64,000 nucleotides of DNA, taken from the NCBI GenBank assembly GCA_000320545.1, contig ADNK01003065.1, positions 1 to 64,000 on the forward strand. The letters run 5' to 3'. Below the pieces are notes generated by a model that saw nothing but the letters and a program-made list of their open reading frames with translations, had not been told where the DNA came from and ran no database searches. Made by a program: the position numbers and the translations under genes. Below, piece by piece: positions 39,696-53,912 of the stretch (positions are counted from its first letter, which is position 1; each line of letters begins with the position of its first letter). This DNA comes from Bigelowiella natans CCMP2755 (lineage: Eukaryota; Protista; Cercozoa).

Positions 39696-40827
39696 TCATG
39701 AAAATGTGACTAGCATTGCGTCTTCATTGTGCTCATCAAGCTCGAGGGGGGGTGGGAGTGGAGGAGGTTCCGACTGTGCCAGCTTAGCAGCGCTAGTTTT
39801 GAATTCTTTTGAGCCATACAAACGGCCACCTTGCCCTCGGTACACGTCTTGTACGACATCCTCTTTTGGAATCTAGATAGTTGTGGCACACGGGAATCAT
39901 CATAATTTTAATTATCATTTTTTGTATCAGTTTCATGTGAATCATAAGAATTGGCAAATGCAATAATGGTGTTCGAGCACAACCCCCAATCCCCTCTTCC
40001 CTTCCTCTCGTCTCCACCCTCAGGCTTTTCCCAGATTGGAAGCTCACAATGATACAAACGAAACAACCATTAAACATATACTTTAACGAGATCATGCCCA
40101 AAAGGTCTATCATGAAGACTTTTACAACCTCTTTTTCGTGAAAGCGTAAGATATGCTCCCTGCGACTCTGTGCGGATGCAAAAGCCTTCTCACAGATCGG
40201 ACACTCGAAAGGTCGCAGCTGTATAGACATAGCATCATCATTGTTGCATGGTCTTCATTACTTGCATCTCCTCCTCCTCCTCCTCCTCCTCCTCCTCTAT
40301 CATCACCATCACCATAATCATCATCACCATCATCATAAGCAATCATGAAGGGAGAAGTTAGAAATGATGCTTCTGTAACGACAAACATATTGTTATGTGC
40401 TCACGTTTTGGTGTGTTTTGAGATGGCGATGTAGAGCCCCTGACTCACGAAAACGACGGCTACATTCCGTGCAAGGAAAGCGACGTTCATCGCGATGAAT
40501 TCTGATTATAAAAGTTGTGCGTCTAATTTTGGGTAATAGTATTCACATTATTAATGGCCAAAAACAACAGGAAAGTGTAGCAAGGTTTATCACAACATAA
40601 TGTTTGCATATTTTGATACGTTCGCACTACACTCTCCGATGCAACCGCAATAATTAATGTCGCTCGATGTCAATCTTTCGTGCTCATTTTCCCTGTTGTT
40701 ATCTCAGTGACCTTGCATGGCGCTTTAGGCCTGCAATCCGCGTAAACGACTTTCCGCAGACGCCGCATCGCTTTTTCTTTTGAAATCTTTTGAGAGTGAA
40801 TTTACACAACAAAAACACGTGTTGTGA

Positions 40828-40863
<36 letters not shown>

Positions 40864-40907
40864 CAGAGAGCATTTGTTATGTGTGTAGAACAGATAAATT
40901 GAAATTT

Positions 40908-40950
<43 letters not shown>

Positions 40951-41638
40951 AGAGGAGAGAGAACAACCTCTGGAGGAGATCCAAATCTGACGATGATTTT
41001 AACGGCATCTTTCGTAGATGCACAATCATATGATCCTAACAACGTTGAATATCGAAAATTATGATATGTGTTGCAAAAGATGCGTGCGTGCGTGCGTGCG
41101 TGTTTTTTTCTCTGTATCCATTTTATTGCACACAACCACACACACACACATATTTCTAATACATTACTAATATCTGACCTGTAGTGTAGCGTTGTGGTGG
41201 AAGCCAAGACCACAGATACTGCACCACACGCTTCTCATAATATACCTTAACCGATGCTTCCTGAGATGTTTACATATTTGCACACAACAAACAAAGTACA
41301 GAAGAGGAGAGATCAACTTCGTGGTGACAATCGCACAGTTTTTCTCTGATGGAGATCAAACCATCTATCCTCCCCCCCCCCCCCCCTCCGAAGGTACTAA
41401 CCTAAACTCGTGCTTGGTAAGGAAACGCTTGCGGCACACATCGCAAGTATAATTATACCTAGCAAAGACAAACGATTGTGAATGAACATCGTGGAATATT
41501 GTAACAAAAAGGACAAGGACGAGCATTTTGAAGCACGTTGATTTTTTTGCATATTGCATTAGTCGTACACTATCCCAGGATGTTTCTCCAGCAAATGGCG
41601 GCTAAAGTAGTCTGCGGCGAGCTGGAATTCAGACCCAA

Positions 41639-41671
<33 letters not shown>

Positions 41672-41837
41672 CACACACACACACAACAACAACAACAACA
41701 ACAACTGTGAGCCTTGTGCCGATAAAAAATACATGTTTCATCGTACGTGCGAATTGGGCGTATTCAGTTTTGTGTGATAGCTCTCTTCCTTTGCGCTTTC
41801 TATGATGACAAACGCCAAATTTCGGCAGATACATCAC

Positions 41838-41878
<41 letters not shown>

Positions 41879-43125
41879 CATATTAAAATGACAACCGTAG
41901 GGTCCTCCACAGCTTTGAAGGTCGCAGCATCATCCGTTTGCAACGAATCAGGGCGATTGACGGCAGCAGTTGAGTTCTCGGAAGAACTCACGTTCAACCC
42001 GTCGGCCGTGGTTTCAGAGACGAGCGGGGAAGCAAGCACAACCGATGGGGGGGGGCGAAAGGGAATCACCTCCAGGCAAATGGGGCACCACTTCTCCTTC
42101 TAAGTGAATAATCAACACGCCATTGATTTCCTTAGGATGAAAGATGGTAAGGCGCGCTTCGTATGTACCTTCCGTCTGCATGAGCTTTTGACATGGCGTC
42201 GATACGAGTCCTGGTGTGTTTTAGTAGTATCATCCCAAGATTAATATGTGAAACGAGGAGTATCCCCATGTATGCATATTCATATGAATCAAACACATGA
42301 TAGCGCTTTGCTTGCTGCATGCGTACAGCACAAACACGTATTGGATCAGAAATAAATGCCTCTCCCCCCTCCCCCTCTTCCTTCTCCTACTAGTACGACT
42401 ACGATGACGACGACAACAGAAACGAATGGTACCCTTCTGTAAAAAGTCTTGTTGCAATTGGCACAAGAGAACCTATGACCGCAAGTAAGATACATAGACG
42501 GGTTCAAGATCATCACCCTGTGCAAGAGGAGTATACTACCACCACCACCACTACCACAACCACTATATAATAAATGCTGATGAAATCACTACTTGGTGTC
42601 GTTTCGGTGTTTGATTTGGTGTCTTGTCAGCGTCTCTCGAGACTTAAATCTCGAGCCGCATATCGAGCAGTTGAAGAGTCTTTCAACTGCGACATGGCGC
42701 CTAAGGTGGTTTCTCAGGTAGTCCTGCCGGCGAAAATCCTACGGTGTTACGGTGGGAGTTGCAGTTAGCTGCTGCTGCTGCTGTTTTGATGTTTTGAAGG
42801 TCATTCTGTTTGCAAACGGATTTTGTTTATGTTTACCCTAAAAAGCAGCGGGGAGAAAAGAAAGAGAAAGAGAAAGAAAAAGAGAAAGAGAGAGAGGAAG
42901 ATGACCACCATCACAATATCGTCGTCAGCCTCACCTTTCTGCACACCGGGCAGGCAAATTTATTAGCCATCATCATCGTAACCGCCATATCTTTCTCGCC
43001 GATGGCATTCTCAGTTTTGCCTTGGAGATGGTAGAGCGCTGGCATTCTGGCCACGAGGTAGCAAGCAGCAATGTCAGATATATCTTCGATGCAGACGCAG
43101 TAGATGAAACAAACGCTCAATTATC

Positions 43126-43164
<39 letters not shown>

Positions 43165-44499
43165 AGATTTACCCAACCTAATGCTCGCCGATTTGTGCTG
43201 TGCGAGATGTCGTTGATACTCCTCCTCATTCTCAAATGCGCTGCAGCAGATCCCGCAAAATGCCCCTGGCGACGACTGAGACGTCCAAAAGTCTGAGGCG
43301 AGTTTATCCTGCCATATCATGTAACTTGAATAAATATCTCGCTGACGATTGACTACAGTTATAGGCCGCCGTGGGACACGAATCAAACGATATATGCGAG
43401 CACAAACTATATGAGTTCCCCGTCAAATCAAGAGAACAGATGGGGCCAAGCGCCAATTTCTCGTGGAAAAAAGATTTTGCGTTAGTGCCGTCTATTTTGC
43501 CTTGCTCATGAGAGACTTCAGGTTTGCCACAACCTATGTACCGAGTATGACAATATGCCAACAAACAACACACACACACACGCACGCACGCACGCACAAA
43601 CACACGCAAACACACATGATAGTGAATTAAAAACATCTCTTTGATGTGTACAGTATCGTCGAATGAAGTAGGTGCCTACATTATCCAATTCCTTCGTGAG
43701 GAGAAGCTCTATCGCCTTATCGGCTGAACCTCCCACGGAGCAGAGCACCTTCATCATTATTATCATCGTTGTTATGATAATCATCATCATCATCATTATT
43801 GTCATTGTCATGGTACTAACAATTGCTGAGAAAGAAAAAGAGTCAAGACGATTAAATAAATGTTTTCCAATCACGATGAGAATGAAGAAGGCAGATTCGT
43901 ATGGGGATGGAAAAACAGAAAAGGGGACAACCTGAAGATTCAGCCTCTCATCGAAGAACCACCTAGGAAGAATATTATGTTCAATATCCGCTCATTACAT
44001 ATAAAACACAGGGTATATATAGCAGCAGCAGGAGTGCCGCACCTGTCTCGTAGAATAGCAAGAGCATCGTTGACGTTTGGTGGGACTTCAATTCTCGGAT
44101 CCCGACTATACAAGGGGAACAGCGCCGCGCTGGTTTTAAATAAATCATGGCTGCTGCGCTGTCTATTATCGTTCGCATCGTCTGCATCCGCATATACAGG
44201 TCTTTCGTCGTCGCTGCTTTTGAGCCCCTCTCCGTTCTCCTGTATTCGTTGCAGATTTTGGTTAAATCACTGCGTGCTCTTGGGCCATGCTTACGATCAT
44301 GCGCGACCGGCAATCATCCTACAATTCTCCCCACCATAGCAACCCTCCCTGCCCCCACCTTAAAAGGAGACTCTTCTCGCTGACTCTTCTTCTGTCGTTT
44401 GGGAGGTGTGCAGCATGCGTCGTAGTAATCTTCCATGCATGTTCGGAAGAACCGAGACATTATCCTCTCCCCAGGCGTGTTTGACGATGCGGAGCCCAT
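39696..44499 (-). CDS. Multi-C2H2 zinc-finger protein with UBA-like domain (multi-exon; start 44499 or 44535)
   Basis: Fingers include FCGICCSAFENEEEYQRHLAQH, FACPVCRK, YTCDVCRKRFLTKH, FPCTECSRRFRESGALHRHLKTH and RPFECPICEKAFASAQSRREHILRFH. UBA-like segment DALAILRDRWFFDERLNLQVLCSVGGSADKAIELLL. Last exon ends in TGA at 39696-39698. Confidence 0.85.
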
Positions 44500-44674
44500 G
44501 TATTCGGCTCCCTGCACGTATCGAATCGCCTGCATTTGTAGGAGGAAGCAGCGATCGAAGAGGAGAATGAGAAAGAATTGGCTCAGCTTTGCCAATCTAT
44601 GCGTAATAGTCTGTGGACTTTGTTTGTGTCTGCTTCTACACTCAATTGCGTGTCTGGATTTGTTGTGTCGGATA

Positions 44675-44742
44675 TTATGCTAATGCGTCATCATCATATC
44701 GGTGTTTATCGTATAGGCACTGCACACCCAGTTCAACAGCAT

Positions 44743-44776
<34 letters not shown>

Positions 44777-45874
44777 CTATCTCTTTGGGGATGATGACTC
44801 GGAATTTGACACACAAACACCCGCCATTCTTGGACATTACCTCCATCTCAAAGAATTCATCGAGCGCCCTTCTCGTGGCTTCATCGTATTTGCCAGATAC
44901 CTATCGGGGGGGGGAGGTGCGTGTATTACGAAGATAAGAGAATAAGAGGCAGGCCAGGCACGCTAAGAAGCTCATCTCTATCGTTTGTTTGACGTTAGAA
45001 AGCGCAATCGTCTCCATATTATTACTTCGAGAGGAATGCTACTGCCATAGAGAGAAATCCAGCCCTTCGCTTGCTGGTACACCAAATACCTGAAGCAAAC
45101 AAGGTCATCAGTAGGTAATAGTAGGTAGGTAGTAGTAGCAGTAGAAAATAGTTGTAGTAGTAGTAGCAGTAGTAGTAGAAGTAGAAAAGGTCGCTAATTG
45201 AGAGAACTCGGAAACACATCGTGTGCAAGCGATTTATTACCTCTGCAACCACTTGATCACTGTCAGGCCTTCATGGTCTCCCAGCGTAAGAATTAATGAG
45301 CGGATGTTTGAAGTTTCCGGGATGACAAACGTCCTATTCTTGTTCGCCTCTCGAAACCGCAAGTAGGCCCACAAGATACGCGAAAACGCCTTGGACGATT
45401 TGGAAGGGCACGGAAGCTGCGGCGATGACGCGGGCTGCGAAACAACGTCGGAGGACTGCTTATCTGCCGTACTCTTAGAGGAAGATAACAACGACGACGA
45501 AGCAGAGGAAGGAGAAGTTTCGTTACAGCCTATGCTGCATCGATCAGCATTGTTCGGGTTTTGAGCTGCGGTCTTAGCCATGGTGACTTTGATGTGGCCG
45601 GCAAGGGATCCTTGGTTGGCAAAGAGACGGCAGCACGATCTTGATGTACATTGCAGTAGTCAACAACAACAACAACAACAACAACAACAGGCGCTCAAAA
45701 ATTATGGTGGTGATAATGTGGTAGTAAAGGGAATGACCGACAGCGAGAGGAGGTTAAGGAGGAGGATAAGGAGGAGAAGGAGGGGGAGGATACGAAAGGA
45801 GAAACGGCATCAAAGGAACTGTTTTTAGAAATTGCTCATGAAAAACGACAACGCACGCGCGCGCGCACACACAA

Positions 45875-45906
<32 letters not shown>

Positions 45907-46985
45907 ACATAGACACATATGCATGCAGCAATGCGTAGCGCAATGTAGCAGCATCCTACACAAACGCCTCTTTTCGATCTGAATCGTCTCTCTTCTCTTC
46001 TCTCACTCACCTGCAAACAGCGGTGCTGTGCATCTCCCTTAGCACGGTCTTGACCTCACGCCAGTTAAGGGGGATGGGGTGTTTAGACAAATAGTAGGCT
46101 GTCAGTCTCCCGCTGTTTCGCGCCCAGGCCTTAATCTTATGCCTTGGTAATTGCTGCTTGAAGGTGAATATCTTTGAGCGGTCCTCACAATACGACGACG
46201 ACGATGGCGTTGTTGATGGCTTCGATGCGGCCTCAGAGCGGGATCTTAGATCGCCCTTTCTCCCTCCTTCATTAACGTTGGGGTTAGCGCAAAATAGTGA
46301 TAATGTGTTTTCATAACATGCATCGTGCGACTAGACGGAGCTACGTGTCCACGTTATTAGGGTGCAGCAACCTTGAGATCTGGATATCGTTGCGAGGTGC
46401 TGCAGGCCCATAGTAGTATCAGTTGTGCTCGCATCTTGTAGGCTGCGTAACTTGGCGAGGTCGTAGGAGTCATCTAGGAAGTGCTGCTCATATATGTCAT
46501 CAGGGTCTGGCAGTGGGGGCATTCCTGAGTTATCATTCGATTAAAAATAGAGCGCTGTGAATGAATGGGGGCGCTATTGATGGATGTATATCCGTCTATA
46601 ATCTATGCGAGAGAATGAGACTAGAACATCGCACACCCAATTCCTTTCGTCTCGTGCATAGAGCTTGCCATGCCTCTTCTTCGGTCTTGTATCTAGAGAG
46701 AAAGCAGAGTCATCGAGGTTTCCATAATCATCATCGTCAGAATCATCAGTCATCGAGGTTTCCATAATCACCATCGTCAGAATCATCATCAAGACCACGC
46801 TGTAGAAGACAAGGCCATGTATTAATTACCTCCCAATGTAGACTCTCATCCCCTGAAATACCGCTGTCGCTCGCCATTTATTCACCTCCTAAATAAAAGA
46901 TGTACCACAACAATCGAGCACTTCTTTATCTAGAGAGAAAGGAGGAGGGAGAGAAATGTCAAAAGGAGATCAGGCTTTCCTTTCT

Positions 46986-47029
<44 letters not shown>

Positions 47030-48219
47030 CTTCCTAGTAGTCGTGTACCCTCTCGTATGCAATTCCTCTGTATCTTGACGTGTAAAACCGGCGTCTTCCG
47101 ATTCCGACAAGGTTTGCTTGGGCGAGCTTGCCTGTCAGCATCGCCTCCCTATCCCCCCTCTTCCCCCCTTCTCCCTCTTTTCTATGTCTCCTTTTCTTGT
47201 TGTTGTTATTATTATCATCCTTTACGAGGAGGCGAGTGAAGTTGCTGCCATCTGTACATCTTTCATCTTGGCAGATCTGCTGCATCATCACATTGTCACT
47301 CTCGACGGCATATTCCTCCTCATCCTCCTCTAGCTTATACTCTCCTTCACCCTCGCCAGTTGTGTTGTCAATACCGCGGCTTCTTCGGACAAAGAGCCCC
47401 CCCTCTTGCCCGGCTGAGGGAGAGGGGGGGGGGGTCATAACACCCATTGGCGTTTGAACGAATATTCGCTGGAAGTCGCGGCATTGAAGCTCCTGAGGGC
47501 TCTATTGTAACATTGGGAGAGAAGGAGGAAGTTAAATGACATTTTTATGAATAGTCGATGTAATGATTGTTATTATGGTTTACTGAGAGATAACTAAGAA
47601 AACGAAATGTTACGATAAAGTACACGGAAAGAGATGGGAAATATTGCCGTTGTTGTCGTGACCGCATCCACCACCACCACCACCAGCAGCATCATTATAC
47701 TCATCATTCACTCATTATCGTACGAGTAGAGGATTGAGAGGAATCAAGCCTTCTTTATCAAGGGAAAACCGAAGAAACCGAACGTCCATTCCACTCGCCT
47801 TACAAATAGTCACACACATTATCAAGATATTCAGACACAACATATGGATGGATATGTGTAGGAGCGGCAAACTCAATCATTGCCAGAAGCCAATGAATAT
47901 GTAATAAACGAGGAAGGGAAATCGCGGCTGCTACCTCTGCATAATGAGCCATAAGCTCGGATAGGGGAGTCGTCCAGTTCACCTTTTGAAATATATGTAA
48001 GTTGTGTAAGTAAGAAGGTGTTTGATGCATGTACTCTTAAGAGTACAAGAACAAGCGGCTGCAGATAGACGAGGCAGCAAACGCCAAATGCTCTTAATCT
48101 CCAACCTTGAACCAGATAGCGGTGGATTGACCGTCTTCATAGGCGACAAGATGCAAGCTAGGCCCGCGCTTCCGCCATTCAACTGGATGCACTGTATGAG
48201 CAGCTTCTATGTACCGGCA

Positions 48220-48258
<39 letters not shown>

Positions 48259-48600
48259 CAGAGCATGAGTACATGTAACTATCGTCCATGCCATGTGTTA
48301 GCGACGGTGTTAGTTTTTGCTCCGTATTTGCCTGTTGTTCGCGTCGATCCGTCGTAAGCGGCGGCGGCTGCGCTGTTTCCCACGGGTCGGCTACTCCGAA
48401 GTGATTGCTGTCCTAGACAAGGCCGCGCATCGTCCTGCGAAAACCAGGGTCAGGGGGAGTCTTAGAAAGAAATACGACAGGGAGAAGAACCACGCGGGGA
48501 CTTGTAGCCCCAGAGCACAACAGTTATTCCATCGCCCGCTCATAACAACACGCTGCATCATGTAGGAGTCCTTACTAGGAACGACAGCCCAGCATAGGTA
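44675..48600 (-). CDS. AP2-domain protein with N-terminal SUMO/ubiquitin-like domain, a degenerate C2H2-like finger and a C-terminal PGBD-like motif; 5' end unresolved
   Basis: SUMO-like: LHLVAYEDGQSTAIWFKVNWTTPLSELMAHYAEASGMDVRFLRFSLD...SPQELQCRDFQRIFV. AP2: TSRYRGIAYEREVNKWRATAVFQGMRVYIGRYKTEEEAWQALCTRRKELG. Finger: CRSCCRLFANQGSLAGH. PGBD-like: LTLGDHEGLTVIKWLQRYL...VSGKYDEATRRALDEFF. Stop TAA at 44675-44677. Confidence 0.72.
46708..46787. repeat. 40-bp tandem duplication inside the intron that splits the AP2 domain
   Basis: AGTCATCGAGGTTTCCATAATCA(T/C)CATCGTCAGAATCATC x2. Confidence 0.85.
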
Positions 48601-49792
48601 AGTAGCAGCCAGCAGCCAGCTCGGAGTGCCACACGCGCAGCGCGATAACGTGCACGCACGATTCCCCCCGCCTCCTTGAGCGGGATGAGCACAATTATAG
48701 AGGGGATGGATGGGGCGCTGGGTTTCCGTTTGGCCTTCGGATACACTCGACGGGCTCGAATGCGTCTTATTTTCCTAGCATGTTTGTGGCGGTAATATTG
48801 ACCAAGAATTTCGTTGTGTTTGAGGGAAAATAGATAAAAATTAAAGCATGATTTGACTCAATTTCCCACAGATTATGTAACGCATATCCCGAGGTGGAAG
48901 CCCGTCGGCTGCTACAACGAAAAAGGAATCTTACAATATATATTCGAATAAAAATGATAGAAAAAGTTTACATTTTCTATACGGGAAATATCTGAAATAG
49001 CATATGACACACTGACTAAGCAGTTGATAGAGCAATATTACGATGCCACAAACTTATCCGTAGCATAGCCTATAAATAACCGATATATATTTTCTAAATC
49101 ATACATCAGCTGTGCTTGCATCCACCCTGTTCCATCTTTCATCCGTTCCCGCCCCCCGCCCCGAGCACGCCTAACAACGGCTGCAGCTATTGGAGCAAAT
49201 GTAACACCATCCTGTGTTCCTTGCTGCTTATGCTAGCTAAATATAAGGGGAGTGTGGCGCTGTTAGGGGAGAGGGGGGGTGCATTTCGTGTCTGTGCTGG
49301 TTTAAGCGGAAATTTTTGGTGTCATTTGCGCCCTTTCTGGAGCAATCCTACCCAAGGCACCCATGGAGGTCATAACCTCGTGGGGATTCGGGTCCTTTCG
49401 TATGCGAAGCGTCGCGCCATTCCGGCAGCTTTTTATCCGCGAAAACGCGCGCGTAGTCCATGTTGAGCAAACCCCTTGACACACCCCCTCCCCCACATCA
49501 TGTGTTCTGTAACTCCGGGCTACTATGCTAACGTAGGGCGGATTCGCGGACACTAGAGCGCTATGATGTGCTAGGCAGCACGTTGAGGGATCTAAGGCTA
49601 GGCGATCTCAATATCCAGGTTATCATGTTCCATCTATCAAAACGCAGGGAAGAAGGGACGCATGCATCAGCACCGACCCTCTTTTTCAGGGCCGTATGCT
49701 GTGCAAATGAAGGAGCGTGGTTTTCCTCAAAATGCTTACTCTCCGCTCTATATATGAGTGCAGGGCGATAGTCTTTCCACCCCATTGCGCCA

Positions 49793-49932
49793 ATGCGGTC
49801 TCCCGCTCCGGGAAATCGTCTCTCCCGCGCAGAAGATGCCTATTCAATGAATATTTGCGAGATAGGCCGAAATTTTCCTTTGCACGTCAATGATAGACAT
49901 GACGGTCATTTGTGTCTGTCTGTCTGTCTGTC

Positions 49933-49973
<41 letters not shown>

Positions 49974-50772
49974 TCTGTGAACCAGCTCTCTTATTGCTCT
50001 CTGCTTCCACTATAACGCAGGAATTGATTGCGGAATATGATGACGAAGAGTTCTGCGAGATGACCGGCGTCTACTACGACCCTAGATGCCTTTTGCACGA
50101 GGGTGAGTGTTTACTACGATGTGACACGTTTATCGTTGGAGGAGGGAGGGTGTAGAAATGAGGAAGGTAGTAATTATCATTTTGCCCCCCCCCCCCCCCC
50201 CCTTGCGCTGACACCTTTTTCTAGATGGAGAGGGCGAGTCTGTCGAGAGACCGGCGCGCGCAGAAGAAATTTTTGAAGGGCTCAAGGTCTCTAAAGAGAG
50301 ATAATTAGAGAGAGCGTGAGAGAGAAACAGTGGCATTTTTTAACTTTTTGCTGATACAAATAATGCCCCATCGTGCCATCCTCTCATCCCCACCATCACC
50401 ACCATCATCATCACCATCATCCATACGACCAATCCGAGCAGAAAACTGGCTTGCTCAAGAAATGCCGACGAGTGCCGGGGCGACGGGCCACGAAGGAGGA
50501 GATCTGCAGCGTCCACACCGCACCCTACTACCGCCTAATCGAGGACACGCAATACAGGAGCGCAGGGCGGAGTCGCCTCCGAAGCAGCATTCAGCAGAAT
50601 ATTCATCTCGACGAGGAGAAAGACACGTACATCAATGACTACTCATTCGATGCGGCGTGTCTCTCTACAGGGGGGCTGCTCCAAGTGGCAGAGCGGGTGG
50701 TGGACGGCCGACTGAAAAACGGGTATGCTTTCATTCCTTTCCATTGTGATCATGCTCTCTTCGGCGCTATAC

Positions 50773-50809
<37 letters not shown>

Positions 50810-53031
50810 GACATTATAGTATGGTCGTAATACTACATCAGGTTTGCTATCATCCGACCCCCGGGGCACCATGCGGAGAACTGCAAAGCCATGGGATTTT
50901 GCCTCTTCAATCACGTCGCTATATGCGCGCAAATGCTGCTGCAGAGGTACCCTGAAGACGTCAAGAAGATAATGATTGTAGATTGGGATGTGCACCATGG
51001 GAATGGCACGGAGAAGACATTCGAGGCCGATCCAAGAGTACTCTACTTCTCCATCCATCGATATGATAACGGGTCGTTCTTCCCAGGGACAGGTGTGACA
51101 GCAATACAGCGTCATCAGTCGATCGATCGTCACCATCATTTATAGCCGCATCATCCAATCAAAATCAATCCATCATCACAGGCAAGGTCACTTCGGTTGG
51201 AAAAGGCAGAGGGGCTGGCAAAACGGTCAACGTTCCCCTCCCCTCTGCTGGCTTTGGCGACACGGAATATCTGCAGATATTTCTACAGGTCGGTGTCCTA
51301 TCCCCCCCCCTCCCCCCCCCCCCCCTCCCTCCTCATTGTATTGGTTTCGCAGCAGGGAGAGGCATATGAGGTCGCAGCATGCTGAAGTGTTGTTGCGTTC
51401 ACGACATTATAATAATAGTACCACCGCCTTCAAGTTTGAAGCAGAAGCGTGTGCATATATGATCCTGAGGGAATGCGTGGTTGCCGCCTTCATCGTTTGT
51501 TGGATGTTTATGGTAGGTTTTGTTGCCTATCGCAAGGGAGTTCGAGCCTGATTTGCTTCTGGTCTCGGCGGGATTTGATAGCGCGTAAGTTTTCGACACT
51601 GAAGGACGCTGTTGTTGAGTATCTGAAGATGATGACAACGATGATGATGTGGCCACTAGTATGCGACATCGTCGCTCTTTTGATATATTCCTGAATCACT
51701 GATATCCTTGCCCTTATCCCCCCCCCCCTCAGACTGGGCGACATTGGGGAGATGAAAGTCACAGAAAACGGGTCAGAACTATGTGTCGATGTTTAGTTAA
51801 CGGTTTCGAGCAGTACTCCCCCACGTTGCTGTTGTTGTTGTTATTGTTGTTGTCGGGTAGAGAGAGGGGGGGGGGGGACAATGGCATGATTTATCGATGT
51901 ACTGCCTGGTGGGAACTGGAATCTTCATCGCTGGTGACGATGGTTAATGGGTGATACTTATACTGTTCTCTTCCAGGTTTGGGCAAATGATGTCGATGCT
52001 TAAGAACACCGGTATTGTAGATGAGGAGAAGATCGTCGTCGCTCTTGAAGGAGGGTATGTTGCGTGTATTTGTCTATCTGTCTTTGTGTGTGTGTGTGTG
52101 TGCGTGTTGTGTACATGCATTTATTTTATTTTTCCGGCGCTAAGAGTCGTTTAGTCATAGAAATAAGTGACACCGACATGTATACACCCACACACACGCA
52201 CAGCTAACACATCCGCGTTCATAGTCACATTGGAATTCCAACTGCCTTTAGGTATAACATAAGCTCTCTAGTTTCTTCGTCCTTGGAAGTAGTTAAGGTA
52301 ACCAAGACAAAATTGGGAATAAAACAAATGAATAAATAATAATAATAACAAGAAGAAGAAGAAGAAGAAGAAGAAGAAGAAGAAAGGTGTAAAAACTACT
52401 ACAACGACACTCATCATCATGGATCCTCTTCACCAGGTACTTTTGGGCGGATTTGCGCCGAGTATTCCTCCCATCCAACGAGTGATGAAGTTCTTCACCT
52501 GGACGGAGAAGAAGCACTACCAGGCCAACTTAAAGAGATTTACGGATGTAAGTGTGAAGAATAAGAAGGGGGGGGGGGCGGACGGGTGTGTGTGTGTGTG
52601 TGTGTGTGTGTGTCTGTGTGTATGTGTGTATAACAATACACAGCTCATCATCCTCATCACCACGCATATAATTCAGGTGGTTGCGCGTGTGCTCACGGAA
52701 CAGGTTCCGCCTTGATTGAGCAGAGCGACGATATCTAATAATGACTAATCACAACTACTACATGCCCTCACATATTGCGTGCTGTTGGATATATAGAGAG
52801 AGGGGCGGGGGGGGGGTTGGAGGTGACAGTGCTCTTGATTGGACAATACTCTGTGAGAAATGCTGAGTTTGACACATAATCCGCAAATGTAATAGTCTCG
52901 ATTCTGGCATTGCTTTCGATCATTGCTGCCATCCGAAGGTAGTAGTAACAACACCACCTATTGCTCCTACCATCAATTACTTCTGCTGCTGCTGCTGCTA
53001 CAGATACTCTCATAAACACATACACAAACAT

Positions 53032-53068
<37 letters not shown>

Positions 53069-53098
53069 GACACACACATCCATGATTAAATTTTTGTG

Positions 53099-53129
<31 letters not shown>

Positions 53130-53289
53130 GCTACTACTACTACTAAAATGCATGTTATCCTGAGGAGGTTTTGCCGTTTATTTCTCTCTTCTCTCGTAGG
53201 GAGGCAGACGAGGCAGTCGGCGCTATCGTTATCACTATCATCAACATCCATGATGACAGGAAGGGGCTTGTTGCCTCAGGTACTTGCTT

Positions 53290-53325
<36 letters not shown>

Positions 53326-53448
53326 TTTGAGTCGATAATTCTTCATCGTTCGTGTAGATATCATTGAAGCTACTACATTTAGACACATAAATATTATATT
53401 AAAGATAAAATGCATATAGTATTGCGTCTAAATTCCGCCTCGCCCCCT

Positions 53449-53481
<33 letters not shown>

Positions 53482-53876
53482 CATTCTCATAACCCAACAG
53501 GTGAGGGGGAAGAATAGCAACCTGAACATCTTCAAGAGCCATGTGCGAGACACGACGCATCCAAGTTACCCTGGTTTCTTGGGGAAGAAGGTTGCTTAAT
53601 CAAAGCTAGTGTAGTATATAAAACTTGCCGTCCATTATCAAAACATCGTAGTATATGTGTAGAGGAGATTAGTCTGTTAAAATTCATGCAATTTTTTAAC
53701 TCACGCCCCCCCCCCCAACCACTCTCATTATCTGTGCAGGTGTACCGAATCCATAAGGGCGTGAAGATAAAAGGCACCATAGTCGATAGAGTCTATGAAC
53801 AAAACAGAAATAGATGGTATTATTACTAATATTAGTGTAGTAAGAAGAGGAGACGGCGAAGGACTATTTGACCTTG

Positions 53877-53912
<36 letters not shown>

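Noticed and set aside
46708-46787. 40-bp duplication as a frameshift that pseudogenises the AP2 gene
   Set aside because: It lies inside a GT-AG intron, and the flanking exons splice in frame to a complete AP2 domain.
49300-49530. Possible snRNA (Sm-like AATTTTTGG) or RNase P/MRP-like motif upstream of HDAC
   Set aside because: No other conserved U1/U2/U4/U5 or P4 helix elements could be placed convincingly.
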